Positions 1-9,446 of a stretch of DNA of 64,000 nt are shown in pieces. A model generated the notes under the pieces. It did no database searches. It was not told where the DNA came from and saw only the letters and a list, made by a program, of their open reading frames with translations. Each line of letters begins with the position of its first letter. Position 1 is the first letter of the stretch. Location of the stretch: positions 3,488,001-3,552,000 of the forward strand of contig OZ242320.1 of the NCBI GenBank assembly GCA_965208125.1, in the 5' to 3' direction. A program made the position numbers and the translations under genes. Source of the DNA: Candidatus Latescibacterota bacterium (lineage in GTDB: Bacteria > Latescibacterota > UBA2968).

Positions 1-6
1 ATGAAT

Positions 7-44
7 AAGCCCTGGAGATTGAGTTCTCCAGGGCTTTTGTTTTT
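7..44. terminator. Intrinsic terminator hairpin
   Basis: AAGCCCTGGAGA-ttgagt-TCTCCAGGGCTT perfect 12-bp stem followed by a T-rich tract; lies just downstream of the minus-strand gene ending at 59. Confidence 0.75.
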
Positions 45-58
45 AGATGGGGCAAAAG

Positions 59-667
59 TCAATGAAACTCCAAACTCGCCACAATTTGCTCATATTCGGT
101 TAGCGGATAGCCTGCGTCCCGGCTGCCATTGCCGATCATGTAATACCCCACCCGATTGTGGATGGCTATGGCTACGAGAAATCGGGTGCCGGGATAATCT
201 CGATTGGATCTTTCCAGTTGAGAATAGCGAAATTGCCACTGAATTGCCTCGCCCACATTGAGCCGGATGCGCTGTTTTTCGCCAATAACGCGATATTGAT
301 CAAATGCCTGCATTAGATACTCTTCTTCAAACGCCTGAACGATCTCATCCACTGTCATTGTGGTGAATCTCGCCGGCAGTCCTTGTGGATACAGGTGCAT
401 TTGTGGACGAAAGTCACTTGTGAATCCAGGGCTGAGAATGCGTACGGTTACGGGTGATAAACCACTGTTGGGATCTCTTTGAGATGTAATGGTTGATATA
501 TCGATACCCCACTGGTCGTTGGGACGACTGACTCGAAATCCCCATGAGTTGTTGGTATAAACGAGTCCATCTAAAGTGGGTTCAGGCTCTGTGGGGATTG
601 GTTTACACCCAGAAGTTGCCAACAGGCTACACAGCGCGAAAGCGCAAAATATTCGGACGCATATCAT
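59..667 (-). CDS. Hypothetical lipoprotein (possibly PsbP/DcrB-like fold)
   Basis: AAGGAG RBS before ATG 667; hydrophobic signal with lipobox-like LATSGC; YTNNSWGFRVSRPNDQW start and EQIVASLEF end resemble PsbP-like proteins. Confidence 0.6.
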   Translation of the reverse strand: MICVRIFCAFALCSLLATSGCKPIPTEPEPTLDGLVYTNNSWGFRVSRPNDQWGIDISTITSQRDPNSGLSPVTVRILSPGFTSDFRPQMHLYPQGLPARFTTMTVDEIVQAFEEEYLMQAFDQYRVIGEKQRIRLNVGEAIQWQFRYSQLERSNRDYPGTRFLVAIAIHNRVGYYMIGNGSRDAGYPLTEYEQIVASLEFH

Positions 668-709
668 ATTAATCTCCTTTTCGATCAATCGCGAAAGCAG
701 ACAAGTACT

Positions 710-3616
710 TTATTTGACGCCAGATGGCTTGGTCGTGTTCCTGTCGCGTTGGAGCAATTCCGGGTGCAGGCGATAAAATATCGCTTCTATCTGCTTCAGA
801 CCCTCGGCCTGCACCACAAAATGCCCATCTATTACCACAGTCGGCGATCTTGTCGGTATCACGCCGAGTGCTTGAGCAGTGGCGTGTATTTCCGCCCTGT
901 TGTCTGTTCCGCTGACGTCAATACCCATCTGTTTTAAGCAGTTTACCACAGAAGATGTGTCGGAAGTAGCCTTCTGTTTGTGGCATAATAGGGCGTCAAC
1001 TATCCGCTCTGGAGCGGCCTGTTGTGCCTGCCGAAATAGTGCGTTTTGTTTGTCATTGCCTATAAAATGCAGGCGCAAGCGCCCAGGTGCCTGGACTTTT
1101 TTTTGCCATTGCAAGAGTCGTTCAGCTATTTGTAGTGCTGGAGATACGTTAACATCCATAAACAGGTCCATACCCTCTAAATTTTGGCCTTGAAGAACCC
1201 GCGCAATGGGTGTCAATAGCACGGTTGGCACAAAGTGATCGCCAACGCGCTGCATCAAGTGTGCAAACCGATTAAAATGGGCTGTTTGTTCAAATTTGTC
1301 ATCCAGCACATAAGCCGGCACCCGATCCAGCCTATAACGCGCAATCAAATTCTGTCCCATCTCGCTGTTCACATCCAAAGTTTGGAAATCAGCACCGGGA
1401 AAGAGCGATAGTGTAGATCGAATAAACGAATACGTATCACATACTTTACAGGTCGCGTCGTTGAGAATGGTCGTTTGAAAGGGGATGGGATCGCGTACTT
1501 CGCATTGCGCGCGGGGCGTTCCGCCGTTTAAGCACAGGCCAACTTTGCCCGGATGTACACAATCCCGATCGCTTATGCACTCGGGAATATCGGCGCAAAA
1601 GGGCAAATTTTTATTATTGCGACATATTAATTGCGCCACCTCATGAGACGACGTTTTGACATCGCGCCCATTTACGCGCAATGTGGGCGATGCGTTGATC
1701 CCCAGCAGATTGGCTCGGCGAATATTTTCGGCAAATAGCGTTTCACCCGCAATGCTTTCGGATAACTCTGCGATTTTGTCTGCATCCATGTTCACCTGCG
1801 TTGCACAAACGCGCCAGTCGGTTGCAATACCCGATTTATTGCGACACAAAATGTAATCCCAGAACCGATTGGGATACAGCGACATCACAACGGTTTGCCG
1901 AATGCCTTCGGCTATTTCTCTATCGCCGTGCAAACTGCGAAAGCGGCCCGATCCCGTCGCGGTCGTCGCCTGACATCCAGGCTCTGTTGTTCGTGTCGTG
2001 CGTGCGACGGGGGGAGGCGATGCGACATCCTTTGCGTTCGCTTCATCTGCGATAAAATACAGATGAAAGTCGATTTGATCCCTCAATTTGCGAAACAGAG
2101 GGGCAAGGGTTTGTTCTGCGCGTATGCCATAAGGGCAATCTGCCATTACAAATAGCTCGACGAGGGGGCGACCATCTCGGCTCTGTCCCGTATCCTCGTG
2201 CTCTTCTGATTTAGTTATTGGGTGAGAAGAACCGTGCCCCTTGTGATTCACTTCCGCCAACATATCGGCAAATCGGGTGTCAAAGTCGGGCGTCTGATTT
2301 GCATCGTGACAGCGCTGGCATAAATTGGGAGACGGTGTGCGGCGAATATTGCGGACTTCGGGCCTCCGCGCATGTTGTTCTCCTGGTCCGTGGCACACTT
2401 CGCACTGCACATTTGTAAGTCGTTTGGCATCTTTGCCAATTCGGAATCCCGTGGGATATCCAAATCCCGTTGTATGACACGTTACGCAGTCGGGCTGATA
2501 GTGTTTTTGTTTTTGTAACAAGCGATTAAATGCATTCGCATGATGCGACTGCTCCCAGTCTGTAACCTCGGCTGCATGGCATCCTTTGCACGTCTCTACC
2601 CCCACATATCTATTGGTGCCCTGACGCACCTGATCTTCCAGTGCAAATCCTGCAAATCTCGGTCGCCCCGTCTGCTGTAATGCAGAATTTTTTTGAACCA
2701 GATTGTAGAATTCATCCACGAGCCGTTTCACGGTGCGGTCTTCGCCAATGGATTCCGAGATCAATACGGGGGTGATTTGTTCTGCTGCCACCCGTCCATT
2801 TTCTACGTTTAAGATCGCCTGCCCAATTGCCTTGCCCTGAGGCTGGGTGCCCAGCAATAGGGTATTGCCAATCTGATGGGTTGTCTCGGTTGACCTCGCG
2901 CTGATCACGACATCTATATCGGCGATATGTTGTACGAGGCCGCGTTCTGCCTCTCGATCCAAATCGCTCAATACAACTATGAGATCGGTCTTTTGACGCA
3001 CAGATGCGACCGCTTCCTGGATGCCATCAAGTTTAACGTCTATGCCATCGGGCATATTTATATGCGAGGCCCCCATTGCCATACCGTGTACTTCAATATT
3101 CCGTTCACCCGCCACACCTATGACACCTACGCGCACATCACCCGCGTCCAAAATTTGCACGGGCGCACCCATTTGTACGCCATTTATCTTCAAGTTTGCA
3201 CTTACAAAAGGGATGCCACCAGAATCGCGCATGGTTTCAAAGAACGCTTGTCCAAACCGCAATTCTCCCACACCGATATTGGCGACGTCGTAATGGATGG
3301 CTTTCATGGCTTGCAAATGTATTTTGCATCGCAATTGGTCCAATACGGTATCGCCTGCAAATAGACCGCCGGCATCTAATAACAGGGCATTGGGATACGA
3401 TCGCTTTAAGTCATTTACCATTGATGCACGCCTCGCAATGCCGCCGAGCTGATTGTCCGCGCAGCCACACACTTCCAGGAAGCTCTGTGTGTCTCCCGTA
3501 TAAAGCAATACTACCTCTGCCGCTCTACTTTGTCCGATGAGACAAAAGACAGCTAATAGGAGAGACAAAACGAAGGGTGATCTTTTACAATCCCATCTGT
3601 GTACATTTGGGTCCAT
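710..3616 (-). CDS. Exported multidomain protein: degenerate 5'-nucleotidase/UshA-like domain + tetraheme cytochrome c (c554-like) + thioredoxin-like domains
   Basis: Signal peptide; LLYTGDTQ..CGC..GGIARRA..LLLDAG; four CxxCH motifs (CKGCH, CVTCH, CEVCH, CQRCH); FVMADCPYG and CKVC thioredoxin-like motifs. Confidence 0.8.
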   Translation of the reverse strand: MDPNVHRWDCKRSPFVLSLLLAVFCLIGQSRAAEVVLLYTGDTQSFLEVCGCADNQLGGIARRASMVNDLKRSYPNALLLDAGGLFAGDTVLDQLRCKIHLQAMKAIHYDVANIGVGELRFGQAFFETMRDSGGIPFVSANLKINGVQMGAPVQILDAGDVRVGVIGVAGERNIEVHGMAMGASHINMPDGIDVKLDGIQEAVASVRQKTDLIVVLSDLDREAERGLVQHIADIDVVISARSTETTHQIGNTLLLGTQPQGKAIGQAILNVENGRVAAEQITPVLISESIGEDRTVKRLVDEFYNLVQKNSALQQTGRPRFAGFALEDQVRQGTNRYVGVETCKGCHAAEVTDWEQSHHANAFNRLLQKQKHYQPDCVTCHTTGFGYPTGFRIGKDAKRLTNVQCEVCHGPGEQHARRPEVRNIRRTPSPNLCQRCHDANQTPDFDTRFADMLAEVNHKGHGSSHPITKSEEHEDTGQSRDGRPLVELFVMADCPYGIRAEQTLAPLFRKLRDQIDFHLYFIADEANAKDVASPPPVARTTRTTEPGCQATTATGSGRFRSLHGDREIAEGIRQTVVMSLYPNRFWDYILCRNKSGIATDWRVCATQVNMDADKIAELSESIAGETLFAENIRRANLLGINASPTLRVNGRDVKTSSHEVAQLICRNNKNLPFCADIPECISDRDCVHPGKVGLCLNGGTPRAQCEVRDPIPFQTTILNDATCKVCDTYSFIRSTLSLFPGADFQTLDVNSEMGQNLIARYRLDRVPAYVLDDKFEQTAHFNRFAHLMQRVGDHFVPTVLLTPIARVLQGQNLEGMDLFMDVNVSPALQIAERLLQWQKKVQAPGRLRLHFIGNDKQNALFRQAQQAAPERIVDALLCHKQKATSDTSSVVNCLKQMGIDVSGTDNRAEIHATAQALGVIPTRSPTVVIDGHFVVQAEGLKQIEAIFYRLHPELLQRDRNTTKPSGVK

Positions 3617-3649
3617 CTGGTTGCTTTCTGTTTTCTGAATTTTGTCTGT

Positions 3650-3681
3650 AAAAAAAGGCCCGATATTTCATCGGGCCTTTT
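3650..3681 (-). terminator. Bidirectional intrinsic terminator after lepB
   Basis: AAAAAAAGGCCCGAT-atttc-ATCGGGCCTTTT hairpin flanked by A and T tracts. Confidence 0.8.
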
Positions 3682-3700
3682 AAGTACCTTTTTTATTCGG

Positions 3701-4357
3701 TTACTCCACCAGACCCAGCCTGCCCCAACGGATTTTTTGAAAAATGTTCCACAGAGGCTTTTGGCTATCCCAGGAATAATAAATAAATAATGGGTGTGCT
3801 TTTACTTTTTCCATAGGCACCATCCCCCAAAATCGGCTGTCGTAGCTGCTGTCGCGATTGTCCCCCATTACAAAAATGTGTTCCGGTGGCACTGTGTGAG
3901 GTCCGTAATTGTCGCGTGGACTATGCTGTTTGTGTTCTACTCTGGGATCTTCGTGCTTAACGCCTTCTGGATTTTCAAATCGCTTTCCATCTACATATAC
4001 AATTTTGTTTTTGATTTCTACTGTCTGCCCTTCCACCGCAATACACCGCTTGATAAAATCGCGCGACTCATCCCGGGGGAATTCAAAAATCACCAGATCC
4101 CCCGGTTGGGGGGTTGAAAATCCCGGTACGCGAAATGAGGGCAATTTGGTATTCAGTATGGGCACGCGGTCGGGTATTTGCGTGCCGAAGGTCAGTTTAT
4201 CGCCCAGTACGTAATCGCCTTCTAATAGCGTATCTTCCATCGATCCCGAGGGAATGTGATACGCTTGTACCAGCGTTCCCCGGATCAAAATGGCCAAAAA
4301 TATGGCGATTCCAAATTCTCGCAACGCGCTCCGTTTTCGCTTCTTTCTTTTTAGCAT
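3701..4357 (-). CDS. lepB: Signal peptidase I
   Basis: IPSGSMEDTL (catalytic Ser), FIKRCIA (Lys), GDNRDSSYDSRFWG. Confidence 0.95.
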   Translation of the reverse strand: MLKRKKRKRSALREFGIAIFLAILIRGTLVQAYHIPSGSMEDTLLEGDYVLGDKLTFGTQIPDRVPILNTKLPSFRVPGFSTPQPGDLVIFEFPRDESRDFIKRCIAVEGQTVEIKNKIVYVDGKRFENPEGVKHEDPRVEHKQHSPRDNYGPHTVPPEHIFVMGDNRDSSYDSRFWGMVPMEKVKAHPLFIYYSWDSQKPLWNIFQKIRWGRLGLVE

Positions 4358-4434
4358 AGTCCTTCCATTGTGGTGAGTTGTCGGTTATACTGAGTCGTGC
4401 CCTGCAAGGGCGGTAACTGGTCTGACTGCTTTCT

Positions 4435-5412
4435 TCAACGATTTTGTGAAAAATAAGTTCGCTCGGGTTGGCCTGTTTCAGCAGATTTGTTTGCCGCGAG
4501 CGAAATATCGAGGCTGCGCAAACCGTCTTCAAAGTCAGACAAGATTCCCGATCTATCTCCCGAACGAATTGCAGCCATAAATACTTCGTCAATATCTTCC
4601 GATTCGAGCATTTCGCCGACTTCCGCCGCACCTCCAGGAAATACGGTTACACCATTTCCATCGACGGTCGCTCGCATATCGCGCATGATGATATCAATGC
4701 CATTTGAGCCACCGCCATTGCGGAGAACGCATGTGGAACTCAGCGTGCCCACAGCACCATTTTCAAATTGGAGAGATAGAGCATATACATCGGGGATATC
4801 GAGATTTTCGACATCGTTCAATGCGCGGGTGGCATAATACGCGTGTACTTCTGCAACATCACCCACGAGGTAACGCAATAAGTCGATCTGATGCGTGGTC
4901 TGTTCGACAATCTGCCCACCCGACTGCGCCATCACGCGCCACCACGGGGTGCCAGGCAAACCGCCCCATCGATAGGCCAGGGCCATGGCAACGGGCTTGT
5001 CTTTCAAAAATTCACGCCCCTGTTTTGCCCAGCCCGTATATCGCTGTTGATAGCCCACAGATGTCAGCACACCTGATTTTTGAACGGCTTCCAAAATTTC
5101 CAATCCCTTTTCCATTGACGGCACTACGGGTTTTTCCAACAACATGTGTACGCCCTGTTGCGCCGCCAAAATCTCTGCGTCGTAATGTGCAAATGTCGGC
5201 ACGACCACATACATTGCGGTCAAATTTTCACTGTCCAGCATCACGCGATAGTCGGTATAAGCTGTGCCACCAAATTCCGAAGTCGCGCTTTGTGCTGTTT
5301 CTTCTTTTATGTCGCAAATTGCAACGATCTCGACATCTTCTATATTGGCTAACGCGCGCATATGCGACCGCGCACGTCCTCCAGCACCCACAAAACCCAC
5401 ATTAATGCTCAT
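4435..5412 (-). CDS. Gfo/Idh/MocA family oxidoreductase
   Basis: GFVGAGGRA Rossmann motif, LLEKP, EQTTHQID. Confidence 0.9.
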   Translation of the reverse strand: MSINVGFVGAGGRARSHMRALANIEDVEIVAICDIKEETAQSATSEFGGTAYTDYRVMLDSENLTAMYVVVPTFAHYDAEILAAQQGVHMLLEKPVVPSMEKGLEILEAVQKSGVLTSVGYQQRYTGWAKQGREFLKDKPVAMALAYRWGGLPGTPWWRVMAQSGGQIVEQTTHQIDLLRYLVGDVAEVHAYYATRALNDVENLDIPDVYALSLQFENGAVGTLSSTCVLRNGGGSNGIDIIMRDMRATVDGNGVTVFPGGAAEVGEMLESEDIDEVFMAAIRSGDRSGILSDFEDGLRSLDISLAANKSAETGQPERTYFSQNR

Positions 5413-5441
5413 TTATATCCTCCATAGTATTCTTTTGTTCA

Positions 5442-5470
5442 AAAATAGACTGCATGGCCAGAACTGTCAA
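5442..5470 (-). promoter_or_regulatory. Putative sigma70 promoter of the Gfo/Idh/MocA gene
   Basis: TTGACA-17 nt-TATTTT on the minus strand upstream of ATG 5412. Confidence 0.45.
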
Positions 5471-5510
5471 GAGGCACGCCCATTATTAAGCTGTGTTGTG
5501 GCACTTTGCA

Positions 5511-7256
5511 TTATTTTTTTGCCACTGGACCCTGTGGCGCCTCCTTACTGTACAATGTACTGCCTCGCTCGTAAGACGCGACGACTGAACCGTCGGCAAT
5601 TTCCAATCTGGGTACGTTTTTTTCGAATACATCGCGGTCGGGTCCGCGCATGACTGCTATCTGTTCATCGGTCATGCCCGAGACGAGATCGCCCCACCGT
5701 TTTTCTGGATGGGTCAATTCTCCGCCGCTGCGATTGAAGTTGCGCGATGAGTATTTGTGCAAAATTCCCCGCCGCGAGATGTCACTTTTCCATGCCAATG
5801 TGCCATGTGTGGTGCCGCCATCCATGAAGAAGAGCACATCGCCCGCTTTCATCTCTACGTGTTTGACCAATTCCATGTGGTCATCGCAGGTGCGCACGCC
5901 CGGAGGGAGTGAATAATACGCTTTGTGCGATCCGGGCACGCACGCAAATCCGCCATCGGCTTCGGTTACGTCGCGCAATTGCCAGGTCACAGTTACGGCT
6001 TCGCAATAGCTTCGCCCATTTTGATAAATATATCCTCGTCCGGGATTGAGCGGCTCATTGGAGTCGTGCAGAGAATGGCCCGATGTACCTTTGACTGCGC
6101 AAAATGCCGTTCCCCCTCCCGTGCGACCGCCACTGGCACCCATCCAGTTGAGCCGATGTTCAACAGCCGGGTGGGCGAGCATTCGGCGAAATGGGTCACA
6201 ATGGGGACTGGGCAATTGAGTCAGCCCACTCAACAGGGGCCTGCCCGTGCCCGCGAGGCTTTTTGACCCGCGTGCGAGTTCTTCGCCAACGACGATTCGA
6301 TCCTCAAATTTGTCAATGGCGGCATTGGCCTGTGCCAGCCATTCTTCATCCATGATTCCGCGTAGCACCAGGTACCCGTTCAGGTCCCAAAAGAAAAATT
6401 CCTTTTCATCAATGCCCGAATTTGGATTTTTAATCAGGTAAGATGGGTGGAAAATCTGGCGGGATTCGTCCAATGCAATTGTCTCACCATCTGTTTTCAA
6501 CGTTGGTGGTGGCGTGGTATCGCGATATCCAGGTCTGTACAGCGATGCACGCTGCTCTGGACTCATTCCCGCCATTGAGTCGGATACTGGCATTTTTTCT
6601 GTTTCAGGGCCAGGTCCCGCAGAACGGATCACACCACGTCCCACGTATTCGTAGGATAGCAAGCGTTGCAGTCCCTCGCCATGCCACGGACGCATGCCCT
6701 GTACGACGCTCAGGCCGACAATGAGCAGATCACCCGCTTTTAATTCTGGTTGAAAAATATAATCCGAGTCATCCTCGCCGGTCAATATATCCTCTGGCGT
6801 TTCTACATTTGCCTTGTGTGTACACGGTACGAATACAAATCCGCCTTCTCCGGCTTTGACATCAGAGAGTGCCCAGATTACGCGCACGCCTTCGCAAAAT
6901 CTTCGATCGTTCTGATGATAATATGCCAGCGCGGGATCTCGTGGCTCATTGCCGCCCTCCAGCGGGGCAGAGATGTCACAGGTTACGTCACATAGAATTT
7001 CGGGGGCGCGGTCGAGTCTGAAACCGTATCCGACAATTTGATTCAGATACCACACGAGTTGGGGATGGATCAGCAAATCGCGGAATGGTTCGCGCAAATC
7101 GCCTTCCCAGCCGAGCATTCCTTCGAGTGACCCTGCCCGATCAATTGCGTCGTTTATCCGCGCGACTTCGGGACGGGTTAAAGCCCCTGGTATATGCAAA
7201 TAACCCGTTAAATCAAAGGCGTAATTCTCTTCGTTTGTCATCGTTTCCCGGTCCAT
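5511..7256 (-). CDS. Two-domain phytanoyl-CoA dioxygenase (PhyH)-family protein, copy 1
   Basis: Two DLxGYL...GGFxxVPx[TS]HK...KAGD repeats; AAGGAGG RBS before ATG 7256. Confidence 0.85.
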   Translation of the reverse strand: MDRETMTNEENYAFDLTGYLHIPGALTRPEVARINDAIDRAGSLEGMLGWEGDLREPFRDLLIHPQLVWYLNQIVGYGFRLDRAPEILCDVTCDISAPLEGGNEPRDPALAYYHQNDRRFCEGVRVIWALSDVKAGEGGFVFVPCTHKANVETPEDILTGEDDSDYIFQPELKAGDLLIVGLSVVQGMRPWHGEGLQRLLSYEYVGRGVIRSAGPGPETEKMPVSDSMAGMSPEQRASLYRPGYRDTTPPPTLKTDGETIALDESRQIFHPSYLIKNPNSGIDEKEFFFWDLNGYLVLRGIMDEEWLAQANAAIDKFEDRIVVGEELARGSKSLAGTGRPLLSGLTQLPSPHCDPFRRMLAHPAVEHRLNWMGASGGRTGGGTAFCAVKGTSGHSLHDSNEPLNPGRGYIYQNGRSYCEAVTVTWQLRDVTEADGGFACVPGSHKAYYSLPPGVRTCDDHMELVKHVEMKAGDVLFFMDGGTTHGTLAWKSDISRRGILHKYSSRNFNRSGGELTHPEKRWGDLVSGMTDEQIAVMRGPDRDVFEKNVPRLEIADGSVVASYERGSTLYSKEAPQGPVAKK

Positions 7257-7449
7257 GTCAGCCTCCTTGACTGTGATGTACCTGTTTGCCTGCCGATATG
7301 CAGGCATGAATGTGGCGGTTTATTCATGAAATGTTCAAATTGATGCAAAAAACAAGCATAAAATGAAACCCTTCTCGACCGATTGCTTGACGCATCTTAA
7401 AAAAAACTGCCCATTTAAATGGACAGTTTGTGAGTTGTGACGCTTTGCA

Positions 7450-9195
7450 TTATTTTTTTGCCACTGGACCCTGTGGCGCGTCCTGGCTGTACAATGCACT
7501 GCCTCGCTCGTAAGACGCGACGACTGTACCATCGGCAATTTCCAATCTGGGCACGTTCTTTCTAAACACATCGCGGTCGGGACCGCGCATGACTGCCATC
7601 TGTTCATCGGTCATGCCCGAGACGAGATCGCCCCACCGTTTTTCTGGATGAGACAATTCTCCTCCGCTGCGATTAAAATTGCGCGATGAATATTTGTGCA
7701 AAATTCCCCGTCGCGATATGTCGCTTTTCCACGCGAATGTGCCATGTGAGGTGCTGCCATCCATGAAGAAGAGCACATCGCCTGCTTTCACCTCTATGTG
7801 TTTTACCAATCCCATGTGGTCATCGCAGGAGCTCACACCCGGGGGGGTAGGATAATACGCTTTGTGCGATCCCGGCACACACGCAAATCCACCATCGGCT
7901 TCGGTTACATCGCGCAATTGCCAGGTTACGGTTACGGCTTCGCAATAACTGCGTCCATTTTGATAAAAGTATCCCCGGGTGGGATTGAGTGGCTCATTGG
8001 AGCCATGCTGGGAATGTCCCGATGTGCCTTTGACCGAGCAAAATGCCGTTCCCCCGCCCGTGCGACCACCACTGGCTCCCATCCAGTTCAGCCGATGTTC
8101 AACGATCGGATGGGCGAGCATTCGTCGAAAAGGATCGCAATGGGGACTGGGCAACTGAGTCAGTCCACCCAACAGAGGTCTGCCCGTGCCTGCAAGGGTT
8201 TTTGATCCTTGTGCGAGTTCGTCGCCAACGACGATTCGGTCCTCAAATTTGTCAATGGTGGCATTGGCCTGTGCCAGCCATTCTTCATCCATGACCCCGC
8301 GCAGCACCAGGTATCCGTTCAAATCCCAAAAGTAAAATTCTTTTTCGTCAATGCCCGAGTTTGGATTTTTAATCAGGTAAGATGGGTGAAAAATTTCGCG
8401 CGATTCGTCCAATGTGATTGTCTCGCCATCTGTTTTCAACGTTGGTGGTGGCGTGGTATCGCGATATCCGGGGCGATACAGTGATGCGTGCTGTTCAAGT
8501 GTTAGTTCTGCCATCAAGTCGGATACTGGCATTTTTTCCGATTCCGGGCCAGGTCCCGCAGAACGGATCACACCGCGGCCTACGTATTCGTAGGATAGTA
8601 AGCACTGCGGTCCCTCGCCTTGCCACGGACGCATGCCCTGTACGACGCTCAGACCGACGATGAGCAAATCGCCCGCTTTTAGTTCGGGTTGAAAAAGATA
8701 ATCCGAGTCATCTACACCGGTCAATATATCTTCTGGCGTTTCTACATTTGCCTTGTGTGTACACGGTACGAACACAAACCCGCCATCGTCAGCCTTGACA
8801 TCAGAGAGTGCCCAGATTACGCGTACACCTTCGCAAAATCTTCGATCGTTCTGGTGATAATATGCCAGCGCGGGATCTCGTGGCTCATTGCCTCCTACCA
8901 GTGGGGCAGAGGTGTCACAGGTTTCGTCACACAGAATTTCGGGTGCGCGGTCGAGTCTGAAACCGTATCCTACAATTTGATTTAGATACCACACGAGTTG
9001 GGGATGGATCAACAAATCGCGGAATGGTTCGCGCAAATCGCCTTCCCATCCGAGCATTCCCTCGAGCGATCCGGCCCGATCAATTGCATCGTTTAACCGG
9101 GCGATTTCGGGACGGGTTAGAACCCCCGGCACATGCAAATAACCCGTTAAATCAAAGGCGTAATTCTCTTCGTTTGTCATGGTTTCCCGGTCCAT
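7450..9195 (-). CDS. Two-domain PhyH-family protein, copy 2
   Basis: Same length as copy 1 and highly similar; AAGGAGG RBS before ATG 9195. Confidence 0.85.
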   Translation of the reverse strand: MDRETMTNEENYAFDLTGYLHVPGVLTRPEIARLNDAIDRAGSLEGMLGWEGDLREPFRDLLIHPQLVWYLNQIVGYGFRLDRAPEILCDETCDTSAPLVGGNEPRDPALAYYHQNDRRFCEGVRVIWALSDVKADDGGFVFVPCTHKANVETPEDILTGVDDSDYLFQPELKAGDLLIVGLSVVQGMRPWQGEGPQCLLSYEYVGRGVIRSAGPGPESEKMPVSDLMAELTLEQHASLYRPGYRDTTPPPTLKTDGETITLDESREIFHPSYLIKNPNSGIDEKEFYFWDLNGYLVLRGVMDEEWLAQANATIDKFEDRIVVGDELAQGSKTLAGTGRPLLGGLTQLPSPHCDPFRRMLAHPIVEHRLNWMGASGGRTGGGTAFCSVKGTSGHSQHGSNEPLNPTRGYFYQNGRSYCEAVTVTWQLRDVTEADGGFACVPGSHKAYYPTPPGVSSCDDHMGLVKHIEVKAGDVLFFMDGSTSHGTFAWKSDISRRGILHKYSSRNFNRSGGELSHPEKRWGDLVSGMTDEQMAVMRGPDRDVFRKNVPRLEIADGTVVASYERGSALYSQDAPQGPVAKK

Positions 9196-9446
9196 GTCAG
9201 CCTCCTTGACTGTAATGTACCTGTTTGCCTGCCGATATGCAGGCATAAATGTGGCGGTTTATTCATGAAAAGCTCAAACTGATTCAAAAAACAAGCATAA
9301 AATGCGCCCCCTCTCGACCGATTGCTTGACGCATTTGATAGGGCTTTGTAAATTGCGTCTATTCTCTGTCTGACACTTGTTTTACCCGGCTCTTTTTTCA
9401 GGTGAGTAGTCGGGCGAGGTTGGTCTATTCTTTGAAAGGTATAACA

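Larger units (their letters stand above)
5504..9335. repeat. Tandem direct duplication (period 1939 bp) of the PhyH gene plus about 140 bp of upstream region
   Basis: 5504-7396 and 7443-9335 align co-linearly, including the stop-codon context and the upstream sequence. Confidence 0.95.

Noticed and set aside
3455-3480. Possible selenocysteine in the CxC motif of the cytochrome fusion
   Set aside because: The codons are TGT GGC TGC and the ORF has no in-frame TGA
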